64,000 nucleotides of DNA from an archaeon. GTDB lineage: Archaea; EX4484-52; WAPT01. The notes under the pieces were generated by a model, which saw nothing but the letters and a program-made list of their open reading frames with translations, searched no databases and was not told the DNA's origin. The DNA lies in assembly GCA_029258795.1 (NCBI GenBank), contig JAPDKB010000002.1, positions 96,001-160,000 of the forward strand. The letters run 5' to 3'. Below are positions 8,912-18,298 of this stretch, one piece after another; the stretch's first letter is position 1; each line of letters begins with the position of its first letter. Position numbers and translations under genes: made by a program.

Positions 8912-10336
8912 TCATTCAATCATTATCTCAGAACTTCTGGTTCTTATCTTTCTTCTTCCAACCTGTGCTCGCACTTCTACTGGTGGAAGCTTTATTTTGC
9001 CCTCCACGTGCAAAAGCGGCTTTATTTTGTAAGCGAGCACCTTCTCCTCTCCCGGTTTCAAACTTGCGAATCTCCACACTATTCTTGTCTTTCCATGCAA
9101 TTTTTTGATTTCCACGGGCTTTCCAGCCTCAAATTCTCTTATCACCTGGAACATTCCGGGCACGTCATCCACGACTTCAACGTTCTTAAGCGTGCGTTTG
9201 CCACGGTTTCTTATGGTTACATAAACTTTGTGTATGTCCTCATGTCTCCTGTGTTTTTTATGCACACGCGGATATTGCACGACCTCAAAAACAATGAAAA
9301 AGATGATAAGTGCAGCCAGAATCATGAACAAGAACGGCCAGTAGTTTATTCCGTATCGTATCGTGCATGATTCAAGCGGTTTTAGTTTGCATTCCCACAC
9401 GAAATAAGTGCTTCCATCCTCCTCCACAATCTCTGGCTTGGTGATTATTATGTACGCAAAGTCAGGATATCTTTTTGGTTCTTGAATAGTGAATGTTCCT
9501 TCCTCATTACCTTTGTTGGTTACAGTTATGATTATTTCTTTCTCCATGAACTTTTTCTCCACTGCTTTGGATTTATCCATCACAGCTTTGCTCTCGATGG
9601 TAAAGGATGTTCTTTTTTCATCCAGCGTGTCACCTATATCATCAACGAGTTTTGCCACCACACTATATTCTCCCTTTGCTTTATACGGATCGAGGGTGAA
9701 GTTGAAAGTCAGTAACTTTGTCTCGTTGACCTTTAGATCAGGCACACGTTTTTTCGCAACTTCTTTGCCAGTTATACCTTCAACCTCAACAACCACGTAG
9801 ATGTTGTAGCCTTCTGTGCTCTCAGAACCCTCGTTTTTGACACCCACCATAACCGTTATCGGCTCGCCCATCGAATAAAGTTGCTTGGATGTTTCGAGCT
9901 TTTTCATCACGAGCTTTATAGATTTTTCCACGTAGACAGTGTCTTTAATTTCTATTTTCTGAGCATGATTATTTTTGTTCCTGACTATAATTATGAACTG
10001 GTAAAGACCGGACGGTGTTCCTTCGGGAGGAGAGATGGTGATGGAGACCTTTTTAGTTTCATGGGGCGCAAGTCGCAGGTATGATGGCTCGACATTATAC
10101 CACGCGATCTGAGAAGCGCTCAGAAGCACCTCCAGTTCTAAAGGTGTGTCTTCAAGGTTGGTTATAATCGCGGTGTATTTTACGCTTTCAGGTGGTTTGA
10201 CAACCTTCACATCCGCTAAAATTTTCACCTGAAACGGATTTGTTTGAGAAAAACCAACAGGCATCAGGTTAACTATGAAAATCCCCAGCACCGCGAATAG
10301 CAAAATATACCTCTTCACATCGCTCCCCTCAATCAT
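8912..10336 (-). CDS. Surface/membrane protein with Ig-like (NEW3/CARDB-like) domains
   Basis: Signal peptide, beta-sandwich-type repeats (V.N.G), internal TM helix, cytoplasmic Ig-like domain; start 10336 or GTG 10318. Confidence 0.7.
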   Translation of the reverse strand: MIEGSDVKRYILLFAVLGIFIVNLMPVGFSQTNPFQVKILADVKVVKPPESVKYTAIITNLEDTPLELEVLLSASQIAWYNVEPSYLRLAPHETKKVSITISPPEGTPSGLYQFIIIVRNKNNHAQKIEIKDTVYVEKSIKLVMKKLETSKQLYSMGEPITVMVGVKNEGSESTEGYNIYVVVEVEGITGKEVAKKRVPDLKVNETKLLTFNFTLDPYKAKGEYSVVAKLVDDIGDTLDEKRTSFTIESKAVMDKSKAVEKKFMEKEIIITVTNKGNEEGTFTIQEPKRYPDFAYIIITKPEIVEEDGSTYFVWECKLKPLESCTIRYGINYWPFLFMILAALIIFFIVFEVVQYPRVHKKHRRHEDIHKVYVTIRNRGKRTLKNVEVVDDVPGMFQVIREFEAGKPVEIKKLHGKTRIVWRFASLKPGEEKVLAYKIKPLLHVEGKIKLPPVEVRAQVGRRKIRTRSSEIMIE

Positions 10337-10524
10337 TCTGTGGGCGAGTAGTAGCATCTCTTGGGAACACATACCAATCCTTTCTTTTTAAGCTTGCTCA
10401 TTATTCTGGACACCTCCTTGACTTCCATCCCCGGCATTCTGGCCACTTCTCCCGGTCTAACGGGTTTGCCAGCTTTTTTCATGGCGTCCAGCAACAACTT
10501 TTCCTCCTCGCTTATGTTGCTCAT
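10333..10524 (-). CDS. Small winged-helix (MarR-like) DNA-binding protein
   Basis: LDAMKKAGKPVRPGEVA...VSRIMSKLKKKGLV.. PKRCYY pattern; ATGA overlap with downstream gene. Confidence 0.75.
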   Translation of the reverse strand: MSNISEEEKLLLDAMKKAGKPVRPGEVARMPGMEVKEVSRIMSKLKKKGLVCVPKRCYYSPTE

Positions 10525-10670
10525 TAACTCGCCCCCACTTTACATAGAAAATTGCCAGCAAAATGATAAATATGTTTTGTCATGTTTTGAAAGAAGATGA
10601 GATTCGAAATATCGGTTAGGACCTAAGGCGGGAGTGATGGTCTAAAATTAGGAAAAATCCGTGATATGAT

Positions 10671-10794
10671 TGGAGCCCCGGCCGGGATTTTCATGGAAGA
10701 TTACTCGACCCTTAAAGCGGCGTCGAGCAGCCATTTTGAACCCGGGACCTCTTCCTTACCAGGGAAGCGCTCCACCAGGCTGAGCTACCGGGGC
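10671..10794 (-). tRNA. tRNA-Thr(GGU) with 47-nt intron in the T-loop (59/60; 10688-10734), CCA encoded
   Basis: GCCCCGG/CCGGGGC acceptor, CTTCC-CT-GGT-AA-GGAAG anticodon arm; strict BHB (TTCA/TGAA central helix, AAA and AAT bulges). Confidence 0.93.
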
Positions 10795-10855
10795 GTAAAT
10801 GAAAGACATTTCAACAAACGAGACGAAATTTTAAAATAGTTTTTATGTTTTTGCG

Positions 10856-11653
10856 TCAGGCTGCAAGGGCTTCTATGAAAAGTGCAGCCAGCATGAATAT
10901 GGAAAAGGACGCTCCCAAAACATAACTTTCCTTTGCATATTTTTCGGGGTCAAGCAACATTTTGTAAGCACAGTAAAAAAGCACAGCCATAAAAATAGCT
11001 CCAACCTTCACATGCACCATCCCGAACAACTTGACCGGGAGCAGAAGGATTGTTCCGCCCACGAAAAGAAAAATAGAAGCCACCATGCCCGTAATTTTCT
11101 CACCGTACAGCGCTGAGAGGGTCTCATAGCGGTATTTATCAGTATCTAACGACACCTCCCACATGAGTTCCAAAGCCGCGAAAACGAAAAATATGGTAAT
11201 GCTGAGCAACGCAAGTGTTTCATTTATTCCAAAAACAGAACCTCCAGCCAGAAAGATCAGAGCTGCTGCAAAAGAGCGGAGGATGAAAGATAGCCATTTA
11301 TCTCGGAGCAGAAAGTGAAGCATACTCATCACAAAGAGGAGCGAGTATAACAATCCAGATGTTGTGGAGATTGTGAAGAACATGAGGATCATCGCAAATG
11401 GAAGGGCGAGTAACGCAATTCCGGGAACCCATTTGAACTTTTCTCCGTTTCTCATTCTTGAATCCAGAATGATGAGGAATCCTATTGAGATCAGACCCAG
11501 CGGAATCACATGCAGCGTGTCCCTCACACCAATTCCGGAATTTCTTGCACTCACCAAAGCACCAGTAATGAATAAAGAAAGAGCAAGAAGCATCTTTTCT
11601 ATTGTGTGTCCATTACTGCTTTCAGCATCGTCCATGATCCCCACTCTTTCCAA
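10856..11653 (-). CDS. Divergent UbiA-family (DGGGP synthase-like) membrane protein
   Basis: About 8-9 TM helices; ELMWEVSLDTDKYRYETLSALYG resembles the second UbiA motif, but the Asp-rich motifs are eroded. Confidence 0.55.
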   Translation of the reverse strand: MERVGIMDDAESSNGHTIEKMLLALSLFITGALVSARNSGIGVRDTLHVIPLGLISIGFLIILDSRMRNGEKFKWVPGIALLALPFAMILMFFTISTTSGLLYSLLFVMSMLHFLLRDKWLSFILRSFAAALIFLAGGSVFGINETLALLSITIFFVFAALELMWEVSLDTDKYRYETLSALYGEKITGMVASIFLFVGGTILLLPVKLFGMVHVKVGAIFMAVLFYCAYKMLLDPEKYAKESYVLGASFSIFMLAALFIEALAA

Positions 11654-11668
11654 ATAAAATAGCAGGAA

Positions 11669-11845
11669 TTACTTCTTGGATGCTCCTCTCATCTGTTTCT
11701 TCTTCGGTCTTAATCTTTTAGAACCACATTTCCTGCACTTCGCTTTAGCAGGATTCTTAACCCTGATTCTCGCATTGCACCTCATGCAAACATAAACATT
11801 CCTGAACATTCTCTCCTCCACAACTTCCGGTCTGGGCGTGGCCAT
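11669..11845 (-). CDS. rpl40e: 50S ribosomal protein L40e (not in the ORF track, 58 aa)
   Basis: Own translation: MATPRPEVVEERMFRNVYVCMRCNARIRVKNPAKAKCRKCGSKRLRPKKKQMRGASKK; SD GGTGA upstream. Confidence 0.93.
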   Translation of the reverse strand: MATPRPEVVEERMFRNVYVCMRCNARIRVKNPAKAKCRKCGSKRLRPKKKQMRGASKK

Positions 11846-11922
11846 GAGACATCACCATCAAAAACTGAACACGGAGTTTGAACACAATTATGCTGTTGTG
11901 TAAATTTTATAAATATTTGGCA

Positions 11923-12522
11923 TTATGGCTGTCCTTTTTCATGTTTCTCATTCCTCACCAGCTTCTCAAGCTCATCGGACCAGCTAACCGATCCAATTTC
12001 GTACTCTTCCTCTTTTACCCCGCGCTCAAGGAGAGCAAGCATAACTTCCACCACGTCATCAGGCGGGGTGGATGTGGTGTCTATTTCGTAAGCCATTTTC
12101 CATCTTTTCAAGTGATACGCTTCTTGAGTTATCACATCCAGTATCTCCGCCTCAACGTTTTCCCTGATTTTTTCCGGACCCCATCCTTTCGCTTCAAGAC
12201 GTTTTCTAAGTTCATTCGGGTGGCACCTTAGAATGAAAAGAGCATCGACCTTTATGAAGTGCGCCAGGTGTCCCTCTACCACAACATGTCTGGAAAGGTT
12301 AGCCTTTTCCAGCGCGTTTTCCAGCTTTTCAACATCAACAATATAGCATTTTCTTTTCTTATCATAACCTTCTATTGCTTTAAGTTTCTCAGCAAGCTCA
12401 TTAACTTCAACTACTTTCCATCCCAGCCTTCTTGCAAGTTTTTGGGCAAGAGTGGTCTTACCAGTTCCGGGAGTGCCTGTTATCCCGATGCTTTTTACGT
12501 TCACATCCATAGACGTTCTCAA
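11923..12522 (-). CDS. Adenylate kinase AK6/Fap7 family
   Basis: GTPGTGKT, VEGHLAHF, LRCHP, KIRENVEAE. Confidence 0.9.
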   Translation of the reverse strand: MRTSMDVNVKSIGITGTPGTGKTTLAQKLARRLGWKVVEVNELAEKLKAIEGYDKKRKCYIVDVEKLENALEKANLSRHVVVEGHLAHFIKVDALFILRCHPNELRKRLEAKGWGPEKIRENVEAEILDVITQEAYHLKRWKMAYEIDTTSTPPDDVVEVMLALLERGVKEEEYEIGSVSWSDELEKLVRNEKHEKGQP

Positions 12523-14732
12523 CCTCTTATTGTTTGAAAAATGAGCTTGATGATTGTGTTCAGCTGTTGAATTAATTCAGATAATAAGGTGGAAATGTTT
12601 TCTTTCATCTGACCGATGAAAATGCGGACCCCATTACCTTTCAATTCTCCCCGCCACACAACTTTTGACCCCACTTCATCAAAACATACAATCTCAGCGT
12701 TCTTTCCGGAGAGAGGCGCATCTATCATCACTCTGTTATCTCCAGCCAAAAGTTTGTTAGGGATGGGAACATAGTTTTTGCCATCAACCAAAACACTCAG
12801 ATTGTGACATACATTGTTGATGGAAATTAACAGGAATGTTCTGTTATCGCGTGCATACACATCTTTAACTTTCATCTCAGTCTTCTCTATGATCTTGTAT
12901 ACAACGGGTATGGCATCAACGACCTCATCATTCATTAGGAGCTTCACCCAAACCATTCTTTCACCAGTTCCTCTGGGTTTGATGTTTGCCTCAAGCTCAT
13001 TTTTACCATTTTCGAGTTTGAATTCTTCAGCACCGATTTTGATGGTTAGATTTTGGGCTTTGGAAGGGTTGAAAATCTCAACTTTGATGGTGATCTCGCT
13101 TCCGTTATACACAGTACTGGGATGGAACACACTACCAATGTACGGAAGCTTAACATCGCTGGTGGTGTAGCTTAGCACTTGATAACCACCATGTTCATCG
13201 AACACAAACATCCTCTGGGATGGAGTTTGGGGGAGGTAAAATATTCGAGACTCACTTTGAAGATCATAAGATTCCAGCATGACATCATTACCCACATATA
13301 ATTTGAGGGGAGTTACACACCCTTCTGCGTTCACAATAACACCCACATCCGCATTACTTTGCACCTCTTGCCTGAGAAGTGATGCACGCCAGCATTTTGC
13401 ATGCGGTTTTTGGAGCGGTGATACTTTAATTTCAACCGGCAGGGCTCGTGGTTCAGTGTAGTATGTGTTGAGCGTGAGGGGGCAGATGTATTCGTAGTGG
13501 GGGTCCAGCTGATTTGAGGCTTTGACGATCCAGTAGTGGTATGCATTCTTTCCCGCCGCTTCCGTAACATATGCTGTGCTGTCCTCAATTTCCAAAATGC
13601 TGGCGCCTTTACATGGCAGAAGAATGAGTTTATCCACTTTTGTCGTGGTTGGAGTTATCTTAACCCATACAACACCCGAGCCACCAAGAGGTAAGGTTAA
13701 AGGGGCAGCGTACAGCGCAACATCATCTCTTGGAAACTGCTTTTCAACCAAGCTTACTTCAAATTGGGGTTCTTCCGAGTTCCAGTTTATATCTCGTATG
13801 TTGTACCCTTCCACTTTTATGTTGTTCGATATCTTGTTGTCCAGATACGATCCCATATATATGTGGGTTGCATCCACATTACCCACTTCAAGCCATAAGA
13901 CATCCACGGGAATCCATCTATCACCCACATAGACCTCTGCTATGGCATGACTTTCCCATCCATTTTTGCCAAAAGCATAAACATGAGCATATCTTGCAGG
14001 AATGCCTATTGCTCTTGCAAGCGCTATGAAAAGGGTTGTATATTCAGCGCACACACCTCTCCTGTTTTTCAGAACCCACAACGCATCTTTGTTTTCATCA
14101 GCATATCCCTCATCATACTCAACATTTTCGTTTACCCAGATAGCCAACGCTGCAACCTTCTCAAAATCATTTGTGGCATTTTGCGTTAATCTCCGGGCCA
14201 GCGATCGGATTTCGGGGGCGTTGCTTTGAATGTTCTCTGTCGGCAGGAGGTACTGCTGAATTTCTGCAGGATATGCGCTACCGATTAGATTGCTGCTTTC
14301 CAATGGGTGTTTCACCTCAAAGGATTTCGAAACCACATGAAACTTGAGTTCATATCTGTAAGTGTTGGGCGGATTCTTTATTTTCAGGCTGCATATTGTG
14401 TTCCCATCCTTATCCTTCAACAACTCACATTCCGAAGGGTATGAAATTACGTTCTGCCATTTGTTGCTGTAAGGTATGCTCAGGTTGATTTCGAGAAGTT
14501 TACCTTCTCCATGAAAGCTTACCTCTCCTTTAAACGTGATCCACGCATCCAGCTCTGACACATACCTTGCCTCAGTTGAATTTAAAACAACATTTTCCCG
14601 AGCCAAGGATAAATTGCTCACAAAACTCAGGAAAATCATTGCTGCAAAGACGGATAAAATGGAGATGTTAATCCATCTACGGTTCCAGATAACAGATTTA
14701 AAAGTTAAGCACTCACTTACTATCATACGCAT
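12519..14732 (-). CDS. Secreted transglutaminase-like (Cys-His-Asp) domain protein
   Basis: Signal peptide; GVCAEYTTLFIALARAIGIPAR, HAIAEVY, WIPVD; long C-terminal beta-rich region; start uncertain. Confidence 0.85.
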   Translation of the reverse strand: MRMIVSECLTFKSVIWNRRWINISILSVFAAMIFLSFVSNLSLARENVVLNSTEARYVSELDAWITFKGEVSFHGEGKLLEINLSIPYSNKWQNVISYPSECELLKDKDGNTICSLKIKNPPNTYRYELKFHVVSKSFEVKHPLESSNLIGSAYPAEIQQYLLPTENIQSNAPEIRSLARRLTQNATNDFEKVAALAIWVNENVEYDEGYADENKDALWVLKNRRGVCAEYTTLFIALARAIGIPARYAHVYAFGKNGWESHAIAEVYVGDRWIPVDVLWLEVGNVDATHIYMGSYLDNKISNNIKVEGYNIRDINWNSEEPQFEVSLVEKQFPRDDVALYAAPLTLPLGGSGVVWVKITPTTTKVDKLILLPCKGASILEIEDSTAYVTEAAGKNAYHYWIVKASNQLDPHYEYICPLTLNTYYTEPRALPVEIKVSPLQKPHAKCWRASLLRQEVQSNADVGVIVNAEGCVTPLKLYVGNDVMLESYDLQSESRIFYLPQTPSQRMFVFDEHGGYQVLSYTTSDVKLPYIGSVFHPSTVYNGSEITIKVEIFNPSKAQNLTIKIGAEEFKLENGKNELEANIKPRGTGERMVWVKLLMNDEVVDAIPVVYKIIEKTEMKVKDVYARDNRTFLLISINNVCHNLSVLVDGKNYVPIPNKLLAGDNRVMIDAPLSGKNAEIVCFDEVGSKVVWRGELKGNGVRIFIGQMKENISTLLSELIQQLNTIIKLIFQTIRG

Positions 14733-14762
14733 ATCAATTTATGTTCGCGAGGTGATTAATAA

Positions 14763-15728
14763 ATGTTTGAGATATGGACCGAAAAATACCGACCAAAACG
14801 ACTGGATGAAGTTATCGGACAGGAACATGTTGTCTCACGTCTCAAAGCTTTTGTAAAAAGCAAGAACATACCAAACATGCTTTTTGCTGGGCCAGCGGGT
14901 GTAGGTAAGACAACATGTGCTATCGCCCTCGCAAGAGAGCTTTATGGAGAGGAGAACTGGAAACAGAACTTTCTGGAAACAAATGCTTCAGACGAGAGAG
15001 GCATAAATGTTATAAGGGGTAAGATCAAAGAATTCGCGAGAACAAAGCCCATAGGAGATGTGGGCTTCAAGATAATCTTTCTGGATGAGAGCGATGCTCT
15101 CACACAGGAAGCTCAGCAGGCGTTAAGGAGAACCATGGAAAAATACGCCAACACAACTCGCTTTATCCTTTCCTGTAATTATTCATCTAAGATTATTCCT
15201 CCAATACAATCGAGGTGTGCTGTTTTTCGCTTCAAACCGATAGATCCGGAGAAGATGAAAGCACACCTGAAGAAGATATGCGAATCCGAGGGTATTGAGG
15301 TGACGGAGGAAGGACTGGATGCGGTGGTGAGGGTTTCAGAGGGGGACATGAGGCAGGCGATAAACATTCTTCAGGCGGTTTCCATCACCACCAAAAAGCT
15401 TACAGTCCAAAACGTTTACGAGGTGGCAGCTTCCCTTAAACCAGAGGAAGTAAAGGAGATACTGGAACTTGCTTTAAAGGGTAATTTCACTCAGGCGAGA
15501 GATAAGCTCATCGAGGTTATGGTTGAGCGTGGTATGTCGGGAGTGGATGTGATTAAGGGGATACACAGGGAGATTCTCGGCCTGAACATAGAGGAAAGAG
15601 AGAAGGCGCATCTTATTGATAGACTTGGGGAATATGAGTTCAGAATTGTAGAGGGGGGTAGTGAGGATCTGCAAATTGAAGCATTTCTTGCAGAAGTGGT
15701 AGCGCTAAAATCAAAATTGATTAGATGA
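14763..15728 (+). CDS. rfcS: Replication factor C small subunit
   Basis: WTEKYRP, GPAGVGKT, NASDERG, LDESD, SRC motif; no intein. Confidence 0.97.
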   Translation: MFEIWTEKYRPKRLDEVIGQEHVVSRLKAFVKSKNIPNMLFAGPAGVGKTTCAIALARELYGEENWKQNFLETNASDERGINVIRGKIKEFARTKPIGDVGFKIIFLDESDALTQEAQQALRRTMEKYANTTRFILSCNYSSKIIPPIQSRCAVFRFKPIDPEKMKAHLKKICESEGIEVTEEGLDAVVRVSEGDMRQAINILQAVSITTKKLTVQNVYEVAASLKPEEVKEILELALKGNFTQARDKLIEVMVERGMSGVDVIKGIHREILGLNIEEREKAHLIDRLGEYEFRIVEGGSEDLQIEAFLAEVVALKSKLIR

Positions 15729-15823
15729 TACTGCTCCTCAAAAGACCTCTTCTTTTCTTTTTAATCTTCGTGTCAAAATAAAATAAAAAGAAAGAGAAAT
15801 TCAGTGCTTGCCCTTTATCTCGT

Positions 15824-16288
15824 TTAAGCGTACTTGCCGCTCAAGGTTCCTGTGTTCGCTATATCCTGAGTAAATCCTTCAGGTGTGTAGTATATTGTTG
15901 TTTGCAATGTGTAGCACTTTCCTTCCTTTGCATCGGAAATAGTTGCTGACCCCGAAATAACCGCTTTGCTTCCTGGCTGTAGGTTGGTTCCTCCGTTTAT
16001 GTTCGTTACCTCAACATCACCCAGCTTCACTCGGGTGATATTCACCACTCTATCCATTCTGTTTTCCACTTCAATCTGAAAAGTCACTGTACCGGTATTG
16101 TCAGCATCCAAGGAAAATGTCCCTGTAGGAACAACTGCATTCACCATTTCAAAGCCATTCGCTCCTCCCGGTCCACAGGCCCTGTTAGAGAACACTTGGG
16201 TATAGAGTAAAGCACCCACTATTGCTATCGCTAGCAACGCCCAGCCATACGTCATTAAGTATTCGGTTGCTGCCTGACCTTTTCTCAT
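15824..16288 (-). CDS. Type IV pilin (KGQxxxE class), probable major pilin of the adjacent pilus system
   Basis: MRKG|QAATEYLMTYGWALLAIAIVGALL; own BRE/TATA and SD GGAGGTG. Confidence 0.9.
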   Translation of the reverse strand: MRKGQAATEYLMTYGWALLAIAIVGALLYTQVFSNRACGPGGANGFEMVNAVVPTGTFSLDADNTGTVTFQIEVENRMDRVVNITRVKLGDVEVTNINGGTNLQPGSKAVISGSATISDAKEGKCYTLQTTIYYTPEGFTQDIANTGTLSGKYA

Positions 16289-16334
16289 GCTAACACCTCC
16301 TAAGAGCTGCTTAATGTTTTTATGCCATAAACCC

Positions 16335-16350
16335 CTATATAAATCTTTTC
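16335..16350 (-). promoter_or_regulatory. BRE-TATA promoter of pilin
   Basis: GAAAAGATTTATATAG on the minus strand; identical 16-mer at 26735-26750. Confidence 0.7.
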
Positions 16351-16382
16351 CGCGGATATCTTCTCATTCGACAGCCAACTAA

Positions 16383-17432
16383 TTACAATATGATGCTGAA
16401 TATCTTTTCCATAACCTTTATCGTGCCATAATATATGCTGAGCGAAAGGATTATGAAGGGAGGTATGTATTTTATTGCCTCTTTTGCAGAACCGTTCTGA
16501 ATTATGGAAATCAGTATGCTGGCGAATATTATGTTTATGACCAAACAGAGAATGGAGAAAATGGAAAAGCTATGGACATCCAGCTGAACAGGTTTCATGG
16601 TTATGAACCCTCCTCCCAAGAATTGAGACGCTTCCTCCCCTATGGTTACACCACCCCACACAGACGTTGTGGTGGATAACAACACATTAGAAATCGCGAA
16701 AAGAAATGGAGCTGCTATGACTCCTGCTATGAATATAAACATCATGTACATGGAAACATTCGACCTTATTTCCCGCTGGAGCACCTCAGCAGTCCTTAAA
16801 TCGTTGGCAGTTTCCTCAAGCAAATTTGCTATTGTTCCACCTGATTTTATACCTTCAAGCAGCAGTTTTACTGTTCTTTCAAGGGATACAGATTTTACTC
16901 TATTAACCAGTTTTTTAAACGCCGTGCCGACATCCTCTCCTCCATAAATCTCGAATGCGACCTTCTTAAACTCCTGGGCAAGCTCCCCAAACTCGGGACG
17001 GGAAGCGAAAAGAATGGCACGGTCTATGGTAAGCCCTGACTTTATGTTGGCCGCTATCAGCATCAGGATGTCGGGAAGCACCGCTTCCATCCTTTTTCTT
17101 CTCCCCTCAGCCATGTAGGTGAAGAGAAGGTAAGGTAGGTAGTATCCGAAGGGAAGCATGATGAATGAAGGAATCAGGGCAAGATGAATCGGTACATGAA
17201 ATGTAACGAAAAGAACAGCACTTTCTATCAATCCCACGAGCCACATTATGAGAATTAAAGCTCCACAAAAAACACTTTTATCTCCCTCTATCCCCGCATA
17301 TATTTTTTCTTTTTCAATCTTTTTCCTGTATTTTCTTGGCAGATAAGAGTAGAAGGTGTACGCTATATCCTTTAAATTCTGTTTTACATTCAATTTCCTT
17401 ATCTTCCTGTGTGTGAATTTCAATTGCTTCAT
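16383..17432 (-). CDS. Pilus assembly membrane platform protein (TadC / T2SS-F family)
   Basis: LPDILMLIAANIKSGLT, EFGELAQEF, multiple TM helices; operon with ATPase. Confidence 0.88.
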   Translation of the reverse strand: MKQLKFTHRKIRKLNVKQNLKDIAYTFYSYLPRKYRKKIEKEKIYAGIEGDKSVFCGALILIMWLVGLIESAVLFVTFHVPIHLALIPSFIMLPFGYYLPYLLFTYMAEGRRKRMEAVLPDILMLIAANIKSGLTIDRAILFASRPEFGELAQEFKKVAFEIYGGEDVGTAFKKLVNRVKSVSLERTVKLLLEGIKSGGTIANLLEETANDLRTAEVLQREIRSNVSMYMMFIFIAGVIAAPFLFAISNVLLSTTTSVWGGVTIGEEASQFLGGGFITMKPVQLDVHSFSIFSILCLVINIIFASILISIIQNGSAKEAIKYIPPFIILSLSIYYGTIKVMEKIFSIIL

Positions 17433-18292
17433 ATTTTCACCGATGGACGTTTACTTCTAACCACCTGAACGAACATGTACTGAAAGACGAGCAGGGTGAA
17501 CAAACCCACCGCAAGCATACTCTTATCCACCACCAAACCGACAAATGATGAAAGTATCATGAGGAAAGTTATGCCCAGCGAAGGCACGATTATCCCGAAC
17601 ATCATGTACATCAGGGTCCATGGGTTGAGTTCCTGTCCGTATTTCTTTATCGCGATGAGCTGCTCTTTCAAAATTTCATCCACCACTGCTTCAAGCGATT
17701 TGGTGAGGTCTGCTCCGGTCTTCACGGCAGTGAGCAGCTGCCACAGAGCCCTTCTTAAAGGGAGAGACGGATTTTTGGATATGCTGTCCTCAAGCGCTTC
17801 CACCTGACTCTTACCGGCATTTATGTTCTCGATTATATGTCTGAACTCCTTTGACGCTTCTCCATACCCTTCGGAGACGGCAACCATGGCATGGTAGAGA
17901 GGCACACCCGCTTTAACCTGAATCAGCAAATGCCTCAGAGCGTAGGGGAGATCCTCCTCTATCTTTCTGCCGCGCTTTCTCACGAGGAGTCGTGGATAGT
18001 AAAGTGAGGAATAGAAGTTGACCAGAAAAAATAGAGGATATGAAATTAACCCCACTTTTATGATGAGGTTATCCTGCATTATAATTCCTCCAAGCAGAAT
18101 GATGGTGCCAATCATGAATGAAGTATATACACCTTTGTAAAGCGAGACGGCTATATGCTCAACCAAATTAAGCTTTGATCTGGCTTTGACGAGATCGGCA
18201 TTGAGATGAAAGAGGGATGGCTCGAGCTTCTTTGCAAGCGGAAAGAACTTCCTCGCTTTTTTGAGCATTATCTCATCATCGACACGAGGCAT
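17429..18292 (-). CDS. Pilus assembly membrane platform protein (TadB/TadC family)
   Basis: LPYALRHLLIQVKAGVPL, YGEASKEF, TM helices; ATGA overlap. Confidence 0.88.
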   Translation of the reverse strand: MPRVDDEIMLKKARKFFPLAKKLEPSLFHLNADLVKARSKLNLVEHIAVSLYKGVYTSFMIGTIILLGGIIMQDNLIIKVGLISYPLFFLVNFYSSLYYPRLLVRKRGRKIEEDLPYALRHLLIQVKAGVPLYHAMVAVSEGYGEASKEFRHIIENINAGKSQVEALEDSISKNPSLPLRRALWQLLTAVKTGADLTKSLEAVVDEILKEQLIAIKKYGQELNPWTLMYMMFGIIVPSLGITFLMILSSFVGLVVDKSMLAVGLFTLLVFQYMFVQVVRSKRPSVKI

Positions 18293-18298
18293 CGCACA

